Virus record (IMG/VR): IMGVR_UViG_3300028133_000002 | Span: 6,836 to 70,835 of that record | Source of the DNA: a virus | Reading direction: 5' to 3' (one strand) | Length of the DNA stretch: 64,000 bases | Part shown: positions 49,600-57,010 of the stretch, one piece after another | Layout of the letters: every line of letters starts with the position of its first letter | Position numbering within the stretch: the first letter of the stretch is position 1 | Position numbers and translations under genes: made by a program | The notes under the pieces: model-generated | Databases searched by the model: none | What the model was told of the DNA's origin: nothing | The model's input: only the letters and a program-made list of their open reading frames with translations

Positions 49600-50067
49600 A
49601 CAGGCGTTAAACAATTATTTCCACGTTCATCTTTCGTGGGTTTCGATCATCTTTTAAATGAACTCGATCAAGTAGCAACTCATGCTAACGATCATTATCC
49701 ACCTCATAACATTATTAGAACTGGTGAGAATGATTATCTTATTGAGCTTGCAGTCGCAGGTTTCTCTCGTGATGAGTTATCAATTGAAGTAAAAGATCGA
49801 ACTCTCGCAGTAACTGGAAATCATACTTCTAAAGGTAGAGAATTTATTCATCGTGGTATTTCGACAAAGAAATTTAAGCGAACCTTTAGGCTGTCTGAGC
49901 ACGTACAAGTGCACGGAGCAGATCTAGTAGATGGTATCCTTGCGGTAGAACTGAAGGTAATCGTCCCAGAAGAAATGCGTCCTCGTAAAATTTCAATTGG
50001 AAAAAACGAGGGTCAAAATGACACAACACATATTAACAGTACACAGCTACTCAACGAGAGCAGTTGA
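49597..50067 (+). CDS. hsp20: Small heat-shock protein (Hsp20/IbpA-like)
   Basis: FVGFDHL, YPPHNI, IELAVAGF, FIHRGIS.KKFKRTF.L, ADLVDGIL, VPEEMRPRKI.I. Confidence 0.95.
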   Translation: MTGVKQLFPRSSFVGFDHLLNELDQVATHANDHYPPHNIIRTGENDYLIELAVAGFSRDELSIEVKDRTLAVTGNHTSKGREFIHRGISTKKFKRTFRLSEHVQVHGADLVDGILAVELKVIVPEEMRPRKISIGKNEGQNDTTHINSTQLLNESS

Positions 50068-50272
50068 ACTAATCCTTGAAACGCTGAAAGGCATTTACAA
50101 TAATCGAATTGAGCGTAAAGCAATTCGTGAAACTGAAAAGGCTTTAAGCGCACTATCTAATAAAGACTTAGCAGACATTGGCATCAACCGCGGCGAGATC
50201 TATGAAATCGCTAGATGTAAATCATCTATTGCCCACGTCAAAGCAAACAAAAATTTGCAGGGATGGGTATAA
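50018..50272 (+). CDS. DUF1127 (YjiS-like) small protein
   Basis: R.T..ALSALSNKDLADIGINRGEI signature; ATG at 50018 after GAGG. Confidence 0.85.
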   Translation: MTQHILTVHSYSTRAVELILETLKGIYNNRIERKAIRETEKALSALSNKDLADIGINRGEIYEIARCKSSIAHVKANKNLQGWV

Positions 50273-50442
50273 TGACTGAAGCAGTAATGAAATATGCATT
50301 TGCACCAGTTAGTGGACTCTTTAGTGGGTTTAATAACTTCTTTCTTTCATTGGGAAGAGCAAGAGCTGCAGCTGAGCTTTCGCGGATGGGTTATCACGCA
50401 GAAGCTAAATATCTAATGACTACTGATGTAGAAGATTTATAG
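50272..50442 (+). CDS. 56-aa hypothetical protein (not in the ORF track)
   Basis: MTEAVMKYAFAPVSGLFSGFNNFFLSLGRARAAAELSRMGYHAEAKYLMTTDVEDL; ATG overlaps the DUF1127 stop (TAATG). Confidence 0.75.
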   Translation: MTEAVMKYAFAPVSGLFSGFNNFFLSLGRARAAAELSRMGYHAEAKYLMTTDVEDL

Positions 50443-50476
50443 CTCAAAAGTAAGGGTCACTACTCAATAAGTGCGC

Positions 50477-50507
50477 GGGAGGCCACGGTAAGCCTCCCAT
50501 TTATTTT
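50477..50507 (+). terminator. GC-rich hairpin, terminator or structured RNA
   Basis: GGGAGGC-CACGGTAA-GCCTCCC followed by ATTTATTTT. Confidence 0.55.
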
Positions 50508-50521
50508 ACAAGGATAGTAGA

Positions 50522-50926
50522 ATGCTTAAGAATATTACTAATAAAATACCCGACTTTTGTATGAGTCACTGGTTGCTAAGAATTCCACTTGCAATCGTAT
50601 TCCTTCAACAAGGATTTGCTAAATGGCCAATTGATGCCGAAACAGCAGCATCATGGGAACTACCTCTTTTAGTTTGGGCATTCGTTGTTCTAGGCGAAAT
50701 TGGAGCAGGCATTGGACTATTAGTCGGTGGATCTCTTTATAAGTATCTAAAAGAGCTCGGCGATATATTAACACGGTTTTCAGGTATTACTATTTGTAGT
50801 ATTATGACCGGTGTTATTTGGATGGCACAACCAGAAAGTTTTACTGAAGTATTATTGTATGACAATTTCCACGTCCTATTATGGGTAGGTGGAATGTTTT
50901 TTGCATTGAGAGGAAATAGAACATGA
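50522..50926 (+). CDS. DoxX-family membrane protein
   Basis: LLRIPLAIVFLQQG..K, E...GIGLLVG and several hydrophobic segments. Confidence 0.75.
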   Translation: MLKNITNKIPDFCMSHWLLRIPLAIVFLQQGFAKWPIDAETAASWELPLLVWAFVVLGEIGAGIGLLVGGSLYKYLKELGDILTRFSGITICSIMTGVIWMAQPESFTEVLLYDNFHVLLWVGGMFFALRGNRT

Positions 50927-51288
50927 CTAAAAACTTAATAGCATTTATTGCTTTTTTTATCGTAGCAGGTTCCACAGCGCATGCTGATAAAGCATTTCGT
51001 AAATGCGCATCTTGCCATAGTATTGAAGAAGGCGGAAAAAACGGTGCTGGACCAAACCTATGGAACGTTATGAATCGTGGCGCAGCTGTAAATGAAGATT
51101 ATCGTTATAGTAAAAAGCTATTAGCATGGGCAGAAGAAAATCCTCAATGGACTCCTGAGCTTATGGATAAGTGGCTAACCAATTCTAAAAAAATGGTAAA
51201 AGGTACTAAGATGAATTTCAAAGAAAAGAAAGAATCAAAGCGCCAAGCTATTATTGAATACCTACAATCAATGGGTACAGAACAATAA
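50923..51288 (+). CDS. Class I (c2-type) cytochrome c with signal peptide
   Basis: Signal peptide ending AHA; heme-binding CASCH, GPNLWNV, GTKM distal Met ligand, IIEYL. Confidence 0.92.
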   Translation: MTKNLIAFIAFFIVAGSTAHADKAFRKCASCHSIEEGGKNGAGPNLWNVMNRGAAVNEDYRYSKKLLAWAEENPQWTPELMDKWLTNSKKMVKGTKMNFKEKKESKRQAIIEYLQSMGTEQ

Positions 51289-51455
51289 AAAATGCATGGC
51301 GAATATGGGCAAAAAGCTTAGGTGAAAAGGTCGGAGAGACTGACACTCAAGCAAACGTGGTTGCCGTCATAAGAACTTTCTGGTGGGTAGTCCATATTGC
51401 TACCTGCTTTATGATTATTATACACAATGGAGCAAAATTAGGATGGTGGCTATGA
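51285..51455 (+). CDS. Small membrane protein, no ATG/GTG/TTG start (ATA candidate)
   Basis: Open frame (I/M)KNAWRIWAKSLGEKVGETDTQANVVAVIRTFWWVVHIATCFMIIIHNGAKLGWWL fills the gap exactly; its TGA overlaps the next ATG. Confidence 0.55.
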   Translation: MKNAWRIWAKSLGEKVGETDTQANVVAVIRTFWWVVHIATCFMIIIHNGAKLGWWL

Positions 51456-51664
51456 CAACACTAAGATGGCAAATGATTAATGCAGCACATGACCATGCCA
51501 AAGCACATGTTGAAAAACACAAAATGAATATTGAAATCTATTTAACGAATCCAGCTGGTATTGGTGAACACTCTGATATTATGGATGCAATCGAAAAAGA
51601 ACTTGAGGAGATGGCAAAGTATGAAGATCATATGGAAATTCTTAACAAGTACTTCCCAAAATAG
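51452..51664 (+). CDS. Conserved hypothetical protein
   Basis: ATG at 51452; H..NIEIYL.NPAGIGEHSDI.DAIE.EL motif seen in marine T4-like phages. Confidence 0.7.
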   Translation: MTTLRWQMINAAHDHAKAHVEKHKMNIEIYLTNPAGIGEHSDIMDAIEKELEEMAKYEDHMEILNKYFPK

Positions 51665-51745
51665 AGACCTGAGTTTGCATAGAGCTCATACCTCTAAATA
51701 CGAAGATCTATGCATGTAAACACACAACACACAAAGGAGACTATT

Positions 51746-51967
51746 ATGTCTAATAAAAATCCGTTTGAAATCCGTTCTGAAATGTTGCAACTCGCAAAAG
51801 AATATATGGATCAACAACAATCTTTGAATATGGCATTTGCTGAAAACATGGTTGAAGCTGGTAGAAAAACAGCTGAAGAAATGCAACAAGCATATCAAAT
51901 GTATTCAATGGAAGATCTTATGGAAAAAGCTAAAGAGATGTACTCTTTTGTTTCGAAAAAAGACTAA
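51746..51967 (+). CDS. Conserved hypothetical protein
   Basis: ATG at 51746 after AAAGGAG; KNPFEIR.EMLQLAK...A.EMYSFV. Confidence 0.75.
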   Translation: MSNKNPFEIRSEMLQLAKEYMDQQQSLNMAFAENMVEAGRKTAEEMQQAYQMYSMEDLMEKAKEMYSFVSKKD

Positions 51968-51972
51968 ATTGT

Positions 51973-51998
51973 AGAGGGACTTCGGTCCCTCTTTTTTT
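51973..51998 (+). terminator. Intrinsic terminator
   Basis: AGAGGGAC-TTCG-GTCCCTCT plus T run (cUUCGg tetraloop). Confidence 0.92.
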
Positions 51999-52013
51999 AT
52001 TATAGGAACTATC

Positions 52014-52292
52014 ATGATTAAAATTATTAGATTAAATTCTGGCGAAGAACTAATTGCTGAAACAAAAATAGAAGATTTAACATATGTTTTAAGTAATGTT
52101 TCAATAATTATTCCGACCGAAAAGGGAATTGGCCTTATGGACTTTATGGCTTATTCTACTGTTCCAGATAAGGGATTAGAAATTAAATCTGACTTTGTTG
52201 CTTTTACTTCTGAACCAGTTGAAGGTCTATTAAAGCAATATAAATCAGTTCACTCAAAAATTATTACTCCAAGCCAAGGATTAATCACATAA
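52014..52292 (+). CDS. Conserved hypothetical protein upstream of gp43
   Basis: IKIIRLNSGEELIA ... Y......IITP pattern typical of the ORF preceding T4-like polymerases. Confidence 0.7.
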   Translation: MIKIIRLNSGEELIAETKIEDLTYVLSNVSIIIPTEKGIGLMDFMAYSTVPDKGLEIKSDFVAFTSEPVEGLLKQYKSVHSKIITPSQGLIT

Positions 52293-52297
52293 AGTTG

Positions 52298-52326
52298 TTT
52301 ACTTTCTCCGCAAACTTTGATATAAT
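52298..52326 (+). promoter_or_regulatory. T4-early-like promoter for gp43
   Basis: GTTTACT-17-TATAAT. Confidence 0.75.
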
Positions 52327-52352
52327 ATTTACTATGTAATGGAGGTAAACCC

Positions 52353-54878
52353 TTGGAATTCTACACTAACGTAACTCGTTACGGCAACAGTCTTCTTTAT
52401 CGTGGCTACAAAAACGGCCAACGTTTTGAAGACCGTATTAAATTCTCACCAACACTCTATCAAGCAGATCCAAATGGAACCGCGTATACCATGAACGGTG
52501 TGCGCGTTTCTCCACGCTTGTTTGATACAATGCGCGAAGTAAAAGATTATCAGCAAGCATGGAAAGATGTTGGTGGTGCTGATAAAACTCTATACGGTCA
52601 AACTAACTTTGTCTCTTCTTTTATTCAAGAAAAGTTTCCAGACAATATTGAATTTGATCGTGATATTATTAATGTGTCAACAATCGATATTGAAGTTGCC
52701 TCTGATGATGGATTCCCAACTCCAGAAGAAGCAGCTTATCCAGTAATCTCAATTACTATTAAAAACAATATTGATAACATTTATTATGTCTGGGGTCTAT
52801 ATGATTATAATCCTTCTGCTTGTACACTTGGTAGTGTCACTGCTAATGATATTGTTTATGTTCAATGTCAAGACGAGCGAGAATTACTCTTACGCTTTCT
52901 TGCTCATTGGAATTCAGATCGTCATTGCCCTGATGTTATTACTGGTTGGAATACCCGCTTCTTCGATATTCCTTACCTCGTAAATCGTATTACTAAATTC
53001 ATTGGCGAAGACTTTGCTAAAAAGATGTCACCTTGGGGTGTAGTCAATCCTCGATCTGTAACAACTATGGGTCGTGAACAACAATACTATAATCTTGAAG
53101 GTATTGCATCTCTTGATTATCTTGAACTTTTCAAAAAGTTTGGTTACTCATATGGTGCTCAAGAATCCTATAAACTAGATCATATTGGTCACGTTGTTCT
53201 TGGTGAACGTAAACTTTCTTACGAAGAATTCTCTTCACTTCATTCTCTTTACAAACACGACTTTCAAAAGTTTATTGACTATAATATCAAAGATGTTGAA
53301 CTAGTTGATCGTCTTGAAGATAAGATGGGTTTGATTACCCTTGCACTTACTATGGCTTATCGTGGTGGTGTAAACTATACTGACACTCTCGGCACAACCG
53401 CGATCTGGGATTCAATTATCTTTCGAGATCTATCTCAACAAGGTATTGTTATTCCTGCTGCTGAAGACAAATTCAAATCCGATTATCCAGGTGGCTACGT
53501 AAAACCGCCTCAAATTGGTTTACACGAATGGGTTGTTTCTTTTGACTTGGCTTCTCTTTATCCAAACATTATTGTTCAATGGAATATGTCGCCTGAAACT
53601 ATTGTCGATGGTAAGCGTGAACAAATGGATCCAGACATGGCCTTGGCTGGCAATATGCCGCAACTAAAAGGTGACTATGCGCTTGCAGCTAATGGTGTAT
53701 ATTTTACCAAAGAAAAGCAGGGCGTATTACCAAAAATCATTGTTGACTATTACAATGAACGTAAAGCTGTTAAGAAACGCATGTTGGCTTCTCAACAAGA
53801 ACTTGAAACAATTGATAAATCAAATGTCGTTGAAAAATATCGAGTTGAGCGTGATATTGCCCGTTATGAAAACCAGCAAATGGCGATTAAAATTCTGTTG
53901 AATTCGCTTTATGGCGCATTGGGCAACAAATACTTTCGTTACTTTGATCTTCGTGTTGCTGAAGGTATTACCTTAACTGGTCAAACTGTTATTCGTTGGG
54001 CTGAACGTTCTGTAAACGAATTTATGAATAAAATTGTTGGTACTGATAACAAAGACTATGTAATCGCAATTGATACTGATTCTGTCTACGTTAATTTTGG
54101 CCCTTTAGTTGATAAGTATGTAAAAGATAACCAAGTAGATAATATTGCTCAAATATGCAAAGATCAATTTGAGCCAATGCTTGAAAAATCATATCAAAAT
54201 TTATATGATATGTTTAATTGCTATATGCCTCGTATGGAAATGGACCGTGAAGCAATTGCTGATCGTGGCATCTGGACTGCTAAAAAACGTTATATCTTGA
54301 ATGTTCATGACAATGAAGGTGTTCGTTATGCTGAACCAAAACTTAAGATCATGGGTATTGAAGCTATTAAGTCTTCAACTCCATCAGCGTGTCGTGATGC
54401 ACTGAAAGCTTTGTTCAAAGTAATTGTAACCGGTGATGAAGGTGCTACACAAAAAGCAATTCAACAATTCAAAGATTATTTTGTTACATTGCCACCAGAA
54501 AATGTATCCTTTCCACGTGGTGTAAATGACACCATCAAATGGCGGGATCGTAAACTGATCTATAAAAAGGGTACTCCAATCCATGTACGTGGGGCACTCC
54601 TATATAATCATAATGTCAAAGACAAAAGCCTTGATAAGAAATATACACTTATTCAAAACGGTGAAAAGATCAAGTTTTGTTATTTGAAAATGCCAAATCC
54701 AATCAGAGAAAATGTTATTTCATTCCCTGATTATCTTCCACAAGAATTACAGCTTCATAAATACATTGACTATGATCTGCAATTCAAAAAAACCTTTTTG
54801 GATCCAATTGAACCAATCCTAGATGCTATTGGCTGGTCTGTTGAAGAAAAGGTATCAATTGAAGACTTCTTTGCATAA
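52353..54878 (+). CDS. gp43: Family B DNA polymerase
   Basis: DIEV, GWN..FFDIPY, YN..DV exonuclease motifs; SFDLASLYP, KILLNSLYGALGN, DTDS, KKRY. TTG start after GGAGG. Confidence 0.98.
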   Translation: MEFYTNVTRYGNSLLYRGYKNGQRFEDRIKFSPTLYQADPNGTAYTMNGVRVSPRLFDTMREVKDYQQAWKDVGGADKTLYGQTNFVSSFIQEKFPDNIEFDRDIINVSTIDIEVASDDGFPTPEEAAYPVISITIKNNIDNIYYVWGLYDYNPSACTLGSVTANDIVYVQCQDERELLLRFLAHWNSDRHCPDVITGWNTRFFDIPYLVNRITKFIGEDFAKKMSPWGVVNPRSVTTMGREQQYYNLEGIASLDYLELFKKFGYSYGAQESYKLDHIGHVVLGERKLSYEEFSSLHSLYKHDFQKFIDYNIKDVELVDRLEDKMGLITLALTMAYRGGVNYTDTLGTTAIWDSIIFRDLSQQGIVIPAAEDKFKSDYPGGYVKPPQIGLHEWVVSFDLASLYPNIIVQWNMSPETIVDGKREQMDPDMALAGNMPQLKGDYALAANGVYFTKEKQGVLPKIIVDYYNERKAVKKRMLASQQELETIDKSNVVEKYRVERDIARYENQQMAIKILLNSLYGALGNKYFRYFDLRVAEGITLTGQTVIRWAERSVNEFMNKIVGTDNKDYVIAIDTDSVYVNFGPLVDKYVKDNQVDNIAQICKDQFEPMLEKSYQNLYDMFNCYMPRMEMDREAIADRGIWTAKKRYILNVHDNEGVRYAEPKLKIMGIEAIKSSTPSACRDALKALFKVIVTGDEGATQKAIQQFKDYFVTLPPENVSFPRGVNDTIKWRDRKLIYKKGTPIHVRGALLYNHNVKDKSLDKKYTLIQNGEKIKFCYLKMPNPIRENVISFPDYLPQELQLHKYIDYDLQFKKTFLDPIEPILDAIGWSVEEKVSIEDFFA

Positions 54879-54889
54879 GGAACTTATAC

Positions 54890-55057
54890 ATGGCTAATAC
54901 AGAAGCATACATACAATCATTAAAGAAAAAGCATAAACATTTGCATCAAACTATTGAAGCTCTTGAAGCAGAAAAAGCTCCAGACGAAGTTATTACTCTT
55001 CGAAAAAAAGAAAAGCTCGCTTTAAAAGATAAAATTTCTGAACTTTCTTCAAAATAA
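54890..55057 (+). CDS. DUF465/YdcH-like small coiled-coil protein (not in the ORF track)
   Basis: MANTEAYIQSLKKKHKHLHQTIEALEAEKAPDEVITLRKKEKLALKDKISELSSK; L..KH..L...I and KK.KL.LKD.I signature; AAGGA SD. Confidence 0.75.
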   Translation: MANTEAYIQSLKKKHKHLHQTIEALEAEKAPDEVITLRKKEKLALKDKISELSSK

Positions 55058-55060
55058 CTG

Positions 55061-55089
55061 TGTACATTCTTTTTTGGTTGTGATATAAT
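55061..55089 (+). promoter_or_regulatory. T4-early-like promoter
   Basis: TGTACA-17-TATAAT. Confidence 0.8.
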
Positions 55090-55115
55090 AGTTCTATACC
55101 AATGAGGAGAAGCGT

Positions 55116-55445
55116 ATGTTTGGTGAAGTCAGCTACGAAGTTTTAGACGAAGTTATCATAGGCTCAAAGAAAAAGCCAGGAACTCACCTTCAATTAGTTA
55201 AAACTAAAAGGGGAAATACTCGTATTTTATGCTGGCATTCAATTGGAAAAAGATGGGCCACTATGTACCGACATGGAGACATTGAAGGTGTATGGGCCTC
55301 TTGGAAACGAATAGAGAAAAGTATCAATGAACGTAAGAAAAGTAGGGCAAAACCAGTGGGTGATCCAGGTAAAGGAAAACCAAGAAACAAAGGAGCTGTA
55401 TCTAGATCTACCAAGCGACGTACTAAATCAAGTCGGGTGGGATGA
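55116..55445 (+). CDS. Hypothetical basic protein
   Basis: GAGGAG SD directly after an early promoter. Confidence 0.6.
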   Translation: MFGEVSYEVLDEVIIGSKKKPGTHLQLVKTKRGNTRILCWHSIGKRWATMYRHGDIEGVWASWKRIEKSINERKKSRAKPVGDPGKGKPRNKGAVSRSTKRRTKSSRVG

Positions 55446-55509
55446 CGGCGATACAATCATTTGGGAAGAGCTCGATGGTGGCAATTGGTCGCTAACTAAG
55501 AAAGATTAG
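55327..55509 (+). CDS. Small AbrB/MazE-like protein
   Basis: ELYLDLP.DVL.QVGW.DGDTI.W pattern typical of swapped-hairpin proteins. Confidence 0.6.
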   Translation: MNVRKVGQNQWVIQVKENQETKELYLDLPSDVLNQVGWDDGDTIIWEELDGGNWSLTKKD

Positions 55510-55511
55510 TT

Positions 55512-56204
55512 ATGAAGTGGATATTTGATGTTGATGGTACTCTTACACCAAGTAGGAGTAAAATGGATTCTGAATTTAAAGAATACTTTTTAAAGTTTGC
55601 AAAAGCTAATCGAGTATATCTTGCGACGGGATCTGATTACCCAAAGACCGTAGAACAAATTGGTTCTAAAATATGTGAAACAGTAAAAGCTTGCTATAAT
55701 TGCTCCGGTAATTCTATTTGGGTTGCTGGTAAAGAAGTATATAGTGCAGACTGGGAACTACCAGAACTTGCAAGGTACTTCTTAGAAAGCTGTTTGTATG
55801 AAAGTAAGTTTAGTATACGCACTGGAACTCATATTGAAGAACGTCCTGGTATGGTAAACTATAGTACTATTGGCCGGAATTGTACTCAAGAAGAAAGAAG
55901 CCAATACATTTTATTTGATAAAGAATTTAATGAACGTCACACAATCGCAGATTCATTTAATACAATGTTTCCTGACCTAGAAGCAAAGGTTGGTGGAGAT
56001 ACTGGAATTGATATTTTTCCAAAGGGATTAGATAAATCTCAAATTGCACAACACATAAAGGGTTCAGCAATTTTCTTTGGCGATAAAATGATGCCAGGCG
56101 GAAACGACAGACCATTAGCAGAACAAATTGTAAAAAGGTTTGGCGGTCGAGCTATTGAAGTAAAAGGCTGGAAAGATACTTGGAAAAGGATGAAAGAAAT
56201 ATGA
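55512..56204 (+). CDS. HAD-IIB phosphomannomutase-like enzyme
   Basis: FDVDGTLTPSR, TGSD, HIEERPGMVNYS.IGRN, GG..GIDIFPKG.DK, FFGDK..PGGND, matching eukaryotic-type PMM motifs. Confidence 0.85.
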   Translation: MKWIFDVDGTLTPSRSKMDSEFKEYFLKFAKANRVYLATGSDYPKTVEQIGSKICETVKACYNCSGNSIWVAGKEVYSADWELPELARYFLESCLYESKFSIRTGTHIEERPGMVNYSTIGRNCTQEERSQYILFDKEFNERHTIADSFNTMFPDLEAKVGGDTGIDIFPKGLDKSQIAQHIKGSAIFFGDKMMPGGNDRPLAEQIVKRFGGRAIEVKGWKDTWKRMKEI

Positions 56205-56374
56205 TTCACTTTAGTTACTATAATTCAGAAATAGAAGAAACTGTAGAAATGCAAACCGATATGGATGATATTTCTACTCATGAACTTTGCAATATGCTTG
56301 AACGATTTATGCTTGCAATAGGTTACGTTTTACCTGAAAATTGCAGTGTACAAATTGCAGAAAATGATGTATAA
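56201..56374 (+). CDS. Small hypothetical protein
   Basis: ATGA overlap with the upstream gene; ERFMLAIGY motif. Confidence 0.6.
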   Translation: MIHFSYYNSEIEETVEMQTDMDDISTHELCNMLERFMLAIGYVLPENCSVQIAENDV

Positions 56375-56375
56375 T
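56347..56375 (+). promoter_or_regulatory. T4-early-like promoter overlapping the upstream stop codon
   Basis: TGTACA-17-TATAAT. Confidence 0.75.
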
Positions 56376-56403
56376 AAACTATATTATGAAAACGGAGAAA
56401 CAC

Positions 56404-56607
56404 ATGGCAAAATACGAGCCAAAAACTTATCCTAGTGATACTATCAAAATGAAAAACCATTGGGCCGTTGGCACAGTATGGGATGTTATTGGTAGCCGCG
56501 GAAATAACTATAACGTAGAATTTTTAGATAAAGGTTTTAGCTGTGATTGCCCCGCCTTTAAAAAATGCAAACATATTAAAAAAATAGAGGAAGCTTTCAA
56601 TGTCTGA
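56404..56607 (+). CDS. SWIM zinc-finger protein
   Basis: GSRGNNY.V.....FSCDCPAF..CKHI; ATG at 56404 after GGAG. Confidence 0.8.
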   Translation: MAKYEPKTYPSDTIKMKNHWAVGTVWDVIGSRGNNYNVEFLDKGFSCDCPAFKKCKHIKKIEEAFNV

Positions 56608-57010
56608 TTGGGCAAATGATATTACTATGATGCACTACAAGTTTGGTGTAAAAGAATGGTTTGAAAAGAATAAGCACGACAAAGAATTGATGAAAAATTA
56701 TCTAAACTTTCGTCTTGCGATGTGTAAAGAAGAACTTGACGAAACAATGGATGCTATTGAAGCAAAAGATCCAGAAGAAATTGTTGATGGTCTTATTGAT
56801 CTTTGTGTTTTTGCAATTGGCACTCTCGATGTATTCGGTGTTGACGCAAACGAAGCATGGGATCGAGTGTATGAAGCAAATATGGCTAAAACACCAGGCG
56901 TAAAAGAAGGTCGTCCAAATCCATTTGGTCTTCCAGATTTGATTAAGCCTGAAGGCTGGACTGCTCCAACACATGAGGCTAATCATGGGAATTTCCCTGA
57001 CGCTGTTTAA
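56600..57010 (+). CDS. MazG-like / all-alpha NTP pyrophosphohydrolase (candidate dCTPase)
   Basis: KEELDE, EEIVDGLIDL, V.EANMAK, DLIKPEGW.AP motifs. Confidence 0.8.
   Translation: MSDWANDITMMHYKFGVKEWFEKNKHDKELMKNYLNFRLAMCKEELDETMDAIEAKDPEEIVDGLIDLCVFAIGTLDVFGVDANEAWDRVYEANMAKTPGVKEGRPNPFGLPDLIKPEGWTAPTHEANHGNFPDAV

Noticed and set aside
51662-51730. Pistol-like ribozyme or SAM-II/SAM-V riboswitch
   Set aside because: A hairpin, pseudoknot and TAAATA linker are present, but I could not identify the other conserved stems and nucleotides, so it is reported only as an unclassified structure.
24617-54878. Introns, inteins or homing endonucleases in gp17, gp20, gp23, uvsW, gp46 or gp43
   Set aside because: All are uninterrupted and of ordinary length, and no HNH, GIY-YIG or LAGLIDADG motifs were noticed.
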